NCBI GenBank assembly: GCA_013416795.1
Contig: RQSC01000397.1
Span: forward strand, 1 to 64,000
Reading direction: 5' to 3'
DNA length: 64,000 nucleotides
Source: Prasinococcaceae sp. CCMP 1430
Lineage: Eukaryota > Plantae > Prasinodermophyta
Shown: piece after piece, positions 54,236-64,000 of the stretch
Layout of the letters: each line of letters opens with the position of its first letter
Position numbering within the stretch: position 1 is the first letter of the stretch
Notes under the pieces: model-generated
Told to the model about the DNA's origin: nothing
Seen by the model: the letters and a program-made list of their open reading frames with translations, nothing else
The model's database searches: none
Program-made: the position numbers and the translations under genes

Positions 54236-56432
54236 NNNNNNNNNNNNNNNNNNNNNNNNNNNNNNNNNNNNNNNNNNNNNNNNNNNNNNNNNNNNNNNNN
54301 NNNNNNNNNNNNNNNNNNNNNNNNNNNNNNNNNNNNNNNNNNNNNNNNNNNNNNNNNNNNNNNNNNNNNNNNNNNNNNNNNNNNNNNNNNNNNNNNNNNN
54401 NNNNNNNNNNNNNNNNNNNNNNNNNNNNNNNNNNNNNNNNNNNNNNNNNNNNNNNNNNNNNNNNNNNNNNNNNNNNNNNNNNNNNNNNNNNNNNNNNNNN
54501 NNNNNNNNNNNNNNNNNNNNNNNNNNNNNNNNNNNNNNNNNNNNNNNNNNNNNNNNNNNNNNNNNNNNNNNNNNNNNNNNNNNNNNNNNNNNNNNNNNNN
54601 NNNNNNNNNNNNNNNNNNNNNNNNNNNNNNNNNNNNNNNNNNNNNNNNNNNNNNNNNNNNNNNNNNNNNNNNNNNNNNNNNNNNNNNNNNNNNNNNNNNN
54701 NNNNNNNNNNNNNNNNNNNNNNNNNNNNNNNNNNNNNNNNNNNNNNNNNNNNNNNNNNNNNNNNNNNNNNNNNNNNNNNNNNNNNNNNNNNNNNNNNNNN
54801 NNCGCGCGCCATGCGCGCGCCCGCGCGCCGGCACGCGCGCGCGCGCGTGGGGAGCGGGCAAAGGGATGTGAGGACGCCGGTGTGGATGAGACGCGTGTGT
54901 GGCGGGTGTGTGTGGGAGGGGAGGGGAGACGCCGGAAGGGCTGAGGCGCCCTTGGTACTATGACACGCGCCGCGACCCCAGTGACGCTGCCCTCTGTGTC
55001 TGTGTTATGCGCGTGGCGAGGGGATGTGCCTGGCCTCTCCCACCCCCGCGGGCTCTCCCGCGGCCCGCGGGCCGCCACCGGCTGGCGCGCGGATGTGGGG
55101 CCGGCCGCGGCTGTGGTGGTGCCGCGGCGCGGGCCACGGACGGGAGCCGAGACAGGTGGGGAGAGGGAGGAGGGCGCACGCGCAGGGAAGTTGGACTCCA
55201 AGCATCTAACCTCGGCCGCATTGAGTGAGCGACGCTGCCCTGCCATGCACGCCTCACAGTCGGCCCCCTCTCTTCCCCTTGTGCGCTAGCTGCGGGGCAC
55301 AGCGCGCGTGCGGTGAGGCGGAATGCATCCACAGGCGTGGGTGACGCGCGTGCCAGGATCGTGCGCCGTCGCTGCGAGGCACCCCAGCGCCCAGCGCGCA
55401 CACCCCTGCTTGCCCCCAGTGGCTGGGCCCCGCCGCGATCGAGCCTCCCGCCGACCGAGCCTGCCAAGAGCACGCGCCCAAGAAGGTTCCGGCCCGACCC
55501 AAGGCGGGAAAATGATTCAACGACGTGGCGGCGTGCGTGGAGCTCGCGCGAGTAGACGAGCAGATCAGAAAAAGCTTTAATGCCGCTTCGCTCGGAGCTC
55601 GTCGACGCGCCATTTTTTTTCTTGCCCGAGCGAACGATCGCATCGCGTCGCCTCGCTCGGGCGGACTGGTCGAACGGCCCCGCCAGCCAGGCGTCGATCG
55701 ATCGGTCGCCCCGGCTCGGGGCGGAGGCGGGCGGCCCGCGGCTCGCCTCGCGGTGTGGCGACTCTCGGGTCGATTCGCGTGAAAGCAACGTCGATCATGA
55801 CGGGCCTCGATAAAGTAGGCAATTGAAGACGTCGATCGATGTGTCCCGCCCATCGTGGGTCGATCGATCGGCCCATCGAACGGCGCGCAAACGCGTGGGC
55901 AGTGGTCGCTGCCCGGCGGCGCGCGTGTCCTGATTCGCGAGTGCGTGTCCGCCGAAGCGTGTCCCCACTCGACGAGAGCGGGGGGGTCCCTCTCCGACAC
56001 GGGGCCAAAACGAAGGGGCGCGGCGGCGGCGGTGCCCGTTCGCGATCGGCGGCCGGCGGCTGCGCGGCGGCGGGCGACNNNNNNNNNNNNNNNNNNNNNN
56101 NNNNNNNNNNNNNNNNNNNNNNNNNNNNNNNNNNNNNNNNNNNNNNNNNNNNNNNNNNNNNNNNNNNNNNNNNNNNNNNNNNNNNNNNNNNNNNNNNNNN
56201 NNNNNNNNNNNNNNNNNNNNNNNNNNNNNNNNNNNNNNNNNNNNNNNNNNNNNNNNNNNNNNNNNNNNNNNNNNNNNNNNNNNNNNNNNNNNNNNNNNNN
56301 NNNNNNNNNNNNNNNNNNNNNNNNNNNNNNNNNNNNNNNNNNNNNNNNNNNNNNNNNNNNNGCGGCAAGGCGCGCTGTTTCAAGGCGCGCGCGCCGTCCT
56401 CGATGCCGCGGGCGGCGGCGGCGGGCGCCGCG

Positions 56433-58118
56433 ATGTTCAGGCCTCCGAGCGCCGCGGCAGTGCTGGCAGCGGGCTGCGCCGCGCTGATCATCGCGGCGCC
56501 ATCGAATCCCATCGACGGCTCGCACTCCGCCATGCTCGCGGGCCCTTTCAGGATGGCGACGGCGATCCGCTGGTCGTTCGAGGACTCATCGGCGGCGACG
56601 CAGGCCAACTCCACGGGCGTGATCGCCGGCGCCACCATCGCGACGTGCGGGGCGTGCATCTTCTGGACTGACTTTACTGGCAAGCTTCTGCGCGTGCCGG
56701 CGGAGCCCACCGATTGCGGGGTCGACTCGGATGACCCCGCGATCGCCATCGCGCCCTGCATTGAGCTCGACCTGAGCATATCCAACGGCAACGACGATGC
56801 CACTGGTGCGCAGGAGCTATCATCGTACTCTCAGGTGCCGCAGGTTCGCTCCTTCGATCCTGCGGTGTTCTCGGGCATGAGCTCGCTCGCGACGCTCAAC
56901 CTTGGCACCGAGTACCCCGTCGCTGAACTCCCGGAGACGCTCTTTAGGGGACTCGGCGCACTGTCGAGTTTACAATTTCAGTTCCATTCGCTCGCGAGCA
57001 TCCCCGAAGGCGTGTTCGCCGGCCTCGCCAACCTGACCTTCCTTGGCCTGCGCGAGAACTCTCTCTCGACCATTCCCGCCGGCTCCTTCACAAACCTCAG
57101 CAAACTCGAGTACATATCCCTGCGCTCCAACGGCCTCAGGGAGGTTCCCGCCGGCCTCTTTGACGGTCTGAGCGAGCTCCGAGAACTCGACCTAATGAGC
57201 AACACCTTCACGGAACTGCCCGAGGGGATCTTCGATGACCTCGTGAAGCTGGAATACCTGCGAGCGCCCAACAACAACCTCCGGTCGATGCCGAAGCAGG
57301 CGTTCAAGAATCTGGGGGCGCTGACGTGGCTGGGACTCAAGGTGAACCTATTTCAGGACATGCCGGCCGACTTTCTCACCGGTCTTACCTCCCTGCGCGT
57401 GCTGGACCTAAGCGACTGCTGGCCGCTGGGCACGCTGCCACCGGGCTTCTTCGAGCCCGCGCCAAACATCCGTGCCCTCTACCTCGCGCGCTCCCAGATC
57501 ACCAGCCTACCGGAAGGCATTTGGGACCCGCTCACGGATCTGCGCGTGATGAACTTGCAAGGCAACGCCGAGGACTTCTGGTAAGGCGCGCGCGTGGAGT
57601 CTCTCGGCGCCAAGTTGCTGGCGCATTTGTCCCGCTCCGAGCTGACGCGCGTGTGCTGCTGCAGCTATCCGACCCCGCTGCCCGACACGTTCCCAAAGTC
57701 CGTGGCAGACATTGACGACTCCATCTTCAGCGAGAAGTTTCCCTACCCCCTCGATCCGCTGCACTCGGATGCGCTCACACAGGCGACCGTCGGCGCCCCG
57801 GCGTGCCGCGACGACACCGATCAGATCGGGGCCGCCTTACCCCCCCCTGCCGCAGCTGACGGCGCGCTCCTCGTCGACGCCGAGCAAGCCTCTTCCACGG
57901 ACCAACAGTTGCTCACCCCCTCCACCAGCTCGTCGTCGTACCAATGTAGCTGCCAGTGCAGCTCCGCCTCGGCGACCAGCGCGGCGCAGGTGGTGGGCAC
58001 CATCGCAGTGGACGTGCCGGCCGGGGGGTCGAAGCCAAGGTGCTGGTGTCTGGCGACCTGCGTGAGGACATGCGTGGATGCTGGGCAGAGCTTCAAAGGG
58101 GTCGGACCTTGCACGTAG
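56433..58118 (+). CDS. Secreted leucine-rich repeat protein (typical 24-residue LRRs) with a Cys-rich C-terminal module; intron 57581-57664
   Basis: Signal-peptide-like N-terminus and about 10 repeats of LxxLPxGxFxGLxxLxxLxLxxN. The splice TG|C joins to the YPTP... exon containing CSCQC...CWCLATCVRTC. Confidence 0.85.
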
Positions 58119-58338
58119 ATGGCCGCGTTCGCTTCGCAACGTCCGTCTGTACCATCTTGCCCGGCTGGATGCGTTCGCGCGTCCTGCGCGCGGTCACAAC
58201 AACTCAGGGCGGTGAGCCGCAGCGCGTGAAGCGATCGCATCGGAGGCGGTGGCGGCGCGGCGCCCGAGTTGACGCTGGGGCATGGCGTACGAGAGATAGG
58301 AGGCAACTGCTGCAATTTTGCTTTCCTTCCGTGCCTTT

Positions 58339-60063
58339 TTAAGCCTCCAGATTTTGTTGCACGGGTCCGCGTGCTCTCTTCCGCTCGAGTCTTGCCTCCG
58401 CTGCGACAATGTTTGCCCCGAGGCGCCTCGCAGACTCTTCGATCTGGGCGAGCCTGCCGTAGACAAACCAAACCCCTTCAACAGCTGTGGGGTCACCGCT
58501 CATGATCGCGCTGCCACGCAGTGCAGGTTCTACGAGAAAGCCGTCGATGCCGCCGTGAAGCGCTTGCCGAGCATCCGGTGGTAGAAGGGTGCGGAATTGC
58601 TCCAACGTGTGGTAGCCAGTACAACAAATAATTGCATCACATGGCAGCACGGTGGCCGCGTGCCCCTGCGCACGCACCACCGCCCCCTTCGGCGTCAGCC
58701 CAGACAACGCGGCATTCTCGATCCGAATGTTGCCGGCGATGACGTGCTTAACGGCGCCCACGTCCATCGTCGCGACTTTGGACGATTTGTGAATGTGCTC
58801 GATGTATCCACAGGACCCATTGCCTGGCAGTGTCGCGAGGCCGAAGGGACGCAGGTCTCCTCTGGGTGCGCCCATTCGCTCCCACTCTTGGAAGGCCCGT
58901 CTCGCAAGCCAGGCGTCCTTCAGCTTGTCGATGATGTCAGCAAGAATGGACGGCACTGCAGCGAGTAGGCCGCCAAGCCATCCAGTGCGTGCGAGTTCGG
59001 TGGCTACGTGGCGTGGAAGTTCAAGGTACCGTGGAAGCCTCTGCCAGTCTCCGTACGGACCGAGTGGCACCGTGCCACGCGACGCTGGGTCTCTCACCAA
59101 GGCGACCACTTCCTCCGCCACCTCGGCGAGATCGAGGGCAATTTCCATGCCGCTATTGCCGAAGCCGCACACCACCACACGCTTCCCAGCGAAGGGGCGC
59201 GAATCGACGTATTCCGAGGAGTGGATGACGTCTCCGTGAAAGGCATCAGAGCTCGACAACACCCCATCTGGAAGGCGCGGTCGGTTATAGAGGCCATCGG
59301 CGAACACCACGTGCTTGCACAGAAAGGCGGCGGCGCGACCGCTGGTGTCGCTCGCGAGCACACGCCAGCGAAAGCCCCTCTCGACCTCTCGCTCGTTCGC
59401 TCGCGCGACCCCCGTCACGTCCATGCCACCCCGCACGTCCGCTCCACACGCAAGCGCGTACGCATCAAGATAGTTGGCATAGTCCGCCGACGGAACGTAG
59501 CGTGGAAAGAAATCGGGCATGCCCCAGTAGGGAAGCTGGCAGAACTCCGCGACGTCGTGGAGATGCAATCGAGCGTACCTCTTCCTCCAGCGGTCTCCCG
59601 GAGTCGCATTTCGCTCCAGGTTTATGCACCTCAGACCCGCGGCGCGAATGCTGGCAGCTGCTGCGAGCCCGGCCGCCGCGGCACCGATAATGACGGCATG
59701 CACCTCCTCCTCGTAGGAGCCTCTTTCGATGTCTGGCGAATTCAACAAGCTCATGTATATGTGGTCTGAGCTATGCGACGTTCCGTTGCGCTTGGTGCTC
59801 GGGTCGGCGGCCCCAACGGGCACGTGCCAGGTGTAGTCCACCCGCGGCGAGACAGAGTTCGGACCAAGGGCCGTCGCGCGCCACTGTCCCGGCGCAAGCC
59901 GCTGTTGGGAACGAGCTGAACGACGCGTCGCCCCACGCCTCCTCCCGCCAGTGCAGCCAATGAACGTGGCCTCCAAGACCCATCGCGCAGCACTCCACAT
60001 CCAGACAATCACGCCAACAATGGCCATCTTCACCCGCATCGACAACGTGGCGGCCGGCACCAT
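58339..60063 (-). CDS. YUCCA-like flavin-containing monooxygenase (class B FMO)
   Basis: WRKRYARLHLH...FCQLPY, FMO motif FHGDVIHSSEY, NADPH motif VCGFGNSGMEIALDL, TMDVGA, IICCTGY. The start codon is uncertain. Confidence 0.88.
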   Translation of the reverse strand: MVPAATLSMRVKMAIVGVIVWMWSAARWVLEATFIGCTGGRRRGATRRSARSQQRLAPGQWRATALGPNSVSPRVDYTWHVPVGAADPSTKRNGTSHSSDHIYMSLLNSPDIERGSYEEEVHAVIIGAAAAGLAAAASIRAAGLRCINLERNATPGDRWRKRYARLHLHDVAEFCQLPYWGMPDFFPRYVPSADYANYLDAYALACGADVRGGMDVTGVARANEREVERGFRWRVLASDTSGRAAAFLCKHVVFADGLYNRPRLPDGVLSSSDAFHGDVIHSSEYVDSRPFAGKRVVVCGFGNSGMEIALDLAEVAEEVVALVRDPASRGTVPLGPYGDWQRLPRYLELPRHVATELARTGWLGGLLAAVPSILADIIDKLKDAWLARRAFQEWERMGAPRGDLRPFGLATLPGNGSCGYIEHIHKSSKVATMDVGAVKHVIAGNIRIENAALSGLTPKGAVVRAQGHAATVLPCDAIICCTGYHTLEQFRTLLPPDARQALHGGIDGFLVEPALRGSAIMSGDPTAVEGVWFVYGRLAQIEESARRLGANIVAAEARLERKRARGPVQQNLEA

Positions 60064-60539
60064 AACGGCGAACGAAATGCCGGGCTCGGCCACGCACGTG
60101 ACGGCGCTGGAGCGTCTTGGAGCCGCTCGGCTCAATCGGCTGTACGTGTTCTGCCCCCCACCCCCCCTTCCACACACACACACCTATGAATAAACGCCCG
60201 CGGGCAGTCTGTATTCTTGCCTTCGCCCCCCTCGCGGGGCGCGCTGGGCGGCTCCGAGCCGGCCGTGCTCGCAGCGCCGGGTCGGCTCCGTCTGCACCCG
60301 TCTTCCCCTCTGCCTCCGCCTCCGTCCCGGGGCAGGCCCACAGCGTGCAGGCGCGCTTTGTGGCGCTGCCGCCCCATTCGACTGCCAAAACGTGTGCGCG
60401 TGAAAGAAAATTGCACAAAAACATTGTGCGGGCTGGAGGCACATGATGATGTTTAGTAGCTACAGTAGACTAGACCAGTAGTCACCAGAGACTAGTCTAC
60501 TAGTACTACTCCACCATCGCGATGGCACACACTCTCTCG

Positions 60540-61340
60540 CTAGCTAAGCCAGCTATTGAAGCCACCCTTCAGCCTATCGCCCCAGCTCAGCTTGTACTCC
60601 TTCAGGCCGAATGGAGGCGTCACGAAAAACACGAACGACACGCGCGTGCCGCGCGTCTCGGGCTGGCCATCGCTCGCACACACGCGGTGCTTGTGCGTCT
60701 TGTTGTGTGTCAGGCTCATGAAGTAGAGTTCTCCGCTGCTGGGGCGGTACGTGCGCAGCTCTTTGCTCTTGGTGTTCTTGAACTCGAGCGCTCTCTGCGC
60801 CCCGAGCGAGAGCACGGCAATGTGGTAACCATACTGATCCTGCGAGGGCGAACAATGGCTCGCGTCAGAGCACGTACAGGTGGCCGCTCGGCGGACACTG
60901 CTCGCGGTGAGCATAACCTCCGAGAGAAGACACACGTGCCCGTCTCGGAGACAGAAATTAAGACAATTCATACAGTACTGTACCTGGTGCCACTCAATGC
61001 GATGGTTGGGGTCCTCAAACCGGTTGCAGTACACGTCGCTCACGCCGCATCCGAGGTCGCGCTCGACTCGGCCGCAGAGCGCCTCCAGCGCGCGCAGGCC
61101 GGGGAGTGAGCCCTCACTGGCCCTGCGATCCGAGCGGAGATAGTGGAAGGCGTGCTGTGGCAGTCGCTCGCCGTACAGCTTCGGGCGCAAGTCCCACGGG
61201 AAGAGCTGTGTGGACTCGACCTGCGCAAACACCTCAGCAGCCTCCTCCGGAGGAAGCCAATCCGACCAGAAGCGAAGCCCCGAGTCGCCCTTGCCCGCGT
61301 GCCACACGCGCATCGCATCGACAGCGTCGTCGGCGCTCAT
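60540..61340 (-). CDS. AlkB-like 2OG-Fe(II) dioxygenase (ALKBH2/3-like fold); intron 60840-60983
   Basis: CNRFEDPNHRIEWHQ|DQYG gives the HxD motif after splicing; also IAVLSLGAQRALEF, HKHRV and RVSFVF. Confidence 0.82.
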   Translation of the reverse strand: MSADDAVDAMRVWHAGKGDSGLRFWSDWLPPEEAAEVFAQVESTQLFPWDLRPKLYGERLPQHAFHYLRSDRRASEGSLPGLRALEALCGRVERDLGCGVSDVYCNRFEDPNHRIEWHQVQYCMNCLNFCLRDGHVCLLSEVMLTASSVRRAATCTCSDASHCSPSQDQYGYHIAVLSLGAQRALEFKNTKSKELRTYRPSSGELYFMSLTHNKTHKHRVCASDGQPETRGTRVSFVFFVTPPFGLKEYKLSWGDRLKGGFNSWLS

Positions 61341-61632
61341 CGTTCGCGCGCACGGACGAGACAGGTCCAGACTTGTGAGATTGAGGTCGCGACACTTCGC
61401 GGGCGCACTACTCTTGCGCAGCGGCGCAGGACCGCCGCACTGCGGAGGACGTTCCACGCGCGCTCCCGCCGCCGCGCAAGGAACGAGGTCGAGGGGACCG
61501 GCCTCTGCCACCCTCGCGCACCGACCGCGACACGTCCACGCGCGTGTTTGCGCGCAGAGCGCGTGCTGTGGCATCCGTACACTGAGCGGCGAAAATGATT
61601 CGTGCTTGCTGGAAGCGCATGTATTACGTTGA

Positions 61633-63775
61633 CTATTGCTGGGTCGGGTCGTAGTCCGCGAATACCTCCTTGAAGGCGTTCGTCACCTTGGTTTCCTCCT
61701 CCTCGCTGCCCATAGAGCACGATTTCCACGCTGCGCGGTCGGGCTTGCCCAGCGCCGCGGCGATCGTCTCGCGGCCGAACGCCATCGGGTGCCGTTCGCC
61801 GCGCGCCATGCGGTGGACAAGGCGCGTCCCATCGGGCAGGCGCACGCAGAAATACTCGGCCCCAGCGGCTGCCTGCTGCAGCGCGGCCTGCGGCGCGCCG
61901 GGCGGCAGCACGGCCTCGAACTTGAAGCCCGCCTTGGCTGCCTTCGTCTCAAAGACCTGCCTGACGCTGTCAGCCTCATCCGCGGGGACTGGAAGACAGT
62001 TGATGTGGCAGTGGTTTCCGCCCTTGCCGCGCAACGACAGGAAGCGCTCGAAGCACACCAGTTTGGAGCCGGCGAGCCTCTCAGCGAAGCAGCGAGCGAG
62101 CGCGCCGAGGTATTGCTCTACCTCGGCGTAAGCTGCCGGCGAGAGCGCTGCCGCGCAAGGCACGTGCTCGATGGGGATCACAAGCACGTGCTGGGGCACC
62201 ATCGGGCCCTTGTCCAGCGCCATGTAGGCCTGCTCCGCCACGCTCACCACCAGATGCAACTGTGCGCTCTCGTTCGACAGGCAGAACCAACAGTCGGCGG
62301 GAGCGGGCGGCGGCGCGCCCGCCACAGAAAGTGGTGGGGGTGCGCCTTCAGCCTTGCCCCTGCCGCCTGTCGCCGCCTCGACGAAGACTTCCCTGCCCAT
62401 CAGCATGGTGCCGTGCATTGCCAGTGCGCGCACCGCTGCCTCGTTCGAGCCGAAGTCCACGTGCGCGAAGCCCGCGGGCTTGCCCTGTTTGGTGCCAAGC
62501 TTCACGCGCGTAACCGGCAGGCAACCACCGCCTTCGAAGAGGTCCTTAAGCGCATCCTCGGATACTTGCCCAGGGGCCAGGTTGCGCACGAACACCTGCG
62601 TGCCGCCGCCAAGCGACGAGGGCTCCGCTGCGGCCGGCCGCGGACGCTTGGTACCGCGCCGCCCCCCAGCGCCGCCGCCACCGCGCGTGCTGCCGTCCGC
62701 GCCGACGTTTTGAAAGCGCCAGCCGCCCTCTTGTCCGCCTGGTACAACCGGCGGCGGGCCCGGCGGCGGCACGCCAGCTAATTGCGGTGGCAGCACGCCG
62801 GGAGGAGGGCCGGGTGGCGCCGGCATGTCGTAGGGGCTCTTCGTCGCACCTGCAGGCACCTCGTTGCGTTTGGCTGCATCCATGCCTGCCGACGGCTCGA
62901 TAGCAAGCGCGTGTAGCCACTTTGCAGGTGGCGGTGCGCTCACCGCCGCGAGCGCCACGAAGCGCGTCACGCCGCCTCCACCGTTGACGTAAGGCGCGCG
63001 CACCCAGCTGACGCCCTCCGACCCGCCCACCACGTGGTAGCGTGGCGCGATCTGCACTACGAGCTGGCGCGCGGCAGCTTCACCTGTGGGCGCGCCCGTG
63101 GGCGCTGCAGTGGCGCCCGCGCCAACGCCCTCAGGCCACTCTGCGGTGAGCAGCAGGTCCACGCCCGTGCCACCGCGCGCCTCAACGCACAGCTTGTCAA
63201 CCATAGCCTTGAGATACGTGCCGCCTCGCGCGGCAACATCCGCGGCCGCCATCGTGCTCGTGTCACCGTACAGCAGCGCGTCGTACCGGCCGCTCAGCGA
63301 GGCGACGCGCAGACCATGGCGCTCGGCAACACGTGCGCCGCGCAGGCAGAACAGGTTCGGTGCAACTCGAACCGCGCCCGTCTCGTCTGGCGCACCTGCG
63401 GCAGCGAGCGCCACCTCGGCTCCGCCGCCAAAGTCACCCACGAAGTATGTCGGGAGCGGGCAGGCCTTCTCACCATCAAGGTACGGCTGCAGAAAGCTGC
63501 CGGCTGCGCTGCCGCCACTGCGAGTAAGCGCGAGCGCGAGCACGGGGGTGTGGGGGTCAGCACGTGCTCTTGTTTGTGCAAACGTTCTCACGAGCCGCCA
63601 CACGCGGCCGAGCCCATGCGCGCGCAACGCACCCCTCGCCGCCGAAAAACTGGCCCGCGCAGAAGACCGCAGCGAACGGGCCAGCACGCGACGCATTCAC
63701 TGCCGCAACGCGTGAGCACAGGGCGTCGAGGCGGCCGCGCACGTCGCCCGTCAGCAGGACCTTCGTGGGCGCCAT
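61633..63775 (-). CDS. CWF19L1: CWF19-like protein 1 (metallophosphoesterase-like N-terminus, RRM, CwfJ C-terminus); intron 63518-63632
   Basis: KVLLTGDVRGRL...GPFAAVFCAGQFF, VDLLLTAEWPEG, PRYH, CWFCLSN, HVLVIPIEH, HCHINC, FGRE. RRM motifs VFVRNL and GFAHVDF. Confidence 0.92.
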
Positions 63776-64000
63776 CCTCTGCCGGGGGACGTTCGCGCTC
63801 CGCCGCGCAGCGCAGCACGGCACAGCGCGGCGCGCACGCGGAGGGAATCTGGCCCGTGCCGACTCTTTCCTGCTCGCGATCTGGCCGAGTCGAGCGGGCT
63901 CGCGCGCCGCTGGCCTCGTATGCTGCCCCGGGCAAGCACCTCAGCCTCGGCTGCGGCCCGCGCGGCCTGTGGCGGCTGGCGCGTGCAACGACGAGCACGA

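Noticed and set aside
54236-56361. ORFs reading through N runs
   Set aside because: These are artefacts of assembly gaps.
1905-63632. Introner-like repeated introns
   Set aside because: The introns share only donor and branch motifs; I saw no extended similarity by eye.
1-64000. tRNA, rRNA, transposase, viral or CRISPR features
   Set aside because: None were recognisable in the sequence or in the ORF translations.

Overview
GC-rich, gene-dense eukaryotic nuclear DNA from a green alga. The likely source is prasinophyte-grade (inference from plastid-targeted genes, a selenoprotein, short GT(GCG)-AG introns, TGTAA-type poly(A) signals and TTTAGGG motifs). About 22 protein-coding genes are supported: ferritin, a full-size ADP1-like ABCG transporter, VPS13 (M-type), selenoprotein K with a SECIS, PP4R1, a UTR5-like nucleotide-sugar transporter, GatA, a plastid SLH-domain protein, RPT4, LPA1, C9orf78/CSU2, COX15, an RKP/KPC1-like E3 ligase ending in a U-box, a membrane-anchored SAM methyltransferase, SFC1, an atypical NDP kinase, NOL11/Utp8-like, a double-AP2 transcription factor, a secreted LRR protein, a YUCCA-like FMO, an AlkB-like dioxygenase and CWF19L1. 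The most notable observations are: (1) a stop/start ATGA overlap joining the methyltransferase to SFC1, a candidate bicistronic mRNA that is the only exception in a ~39 kb run of strictly alternating gene orientations; (2) an ABCG gene whose two nucleotide-binding domains are nearly identical at DNA level while the membrane domains are highly diverged; (3) a perfect 162 bp palindrome at the window start; (4) UGA recoding in SelK, which the ORF track misses. Family assignments come from recalled motifs, not database searches. Several 5' ends are uncertain because of introns and N gaps.
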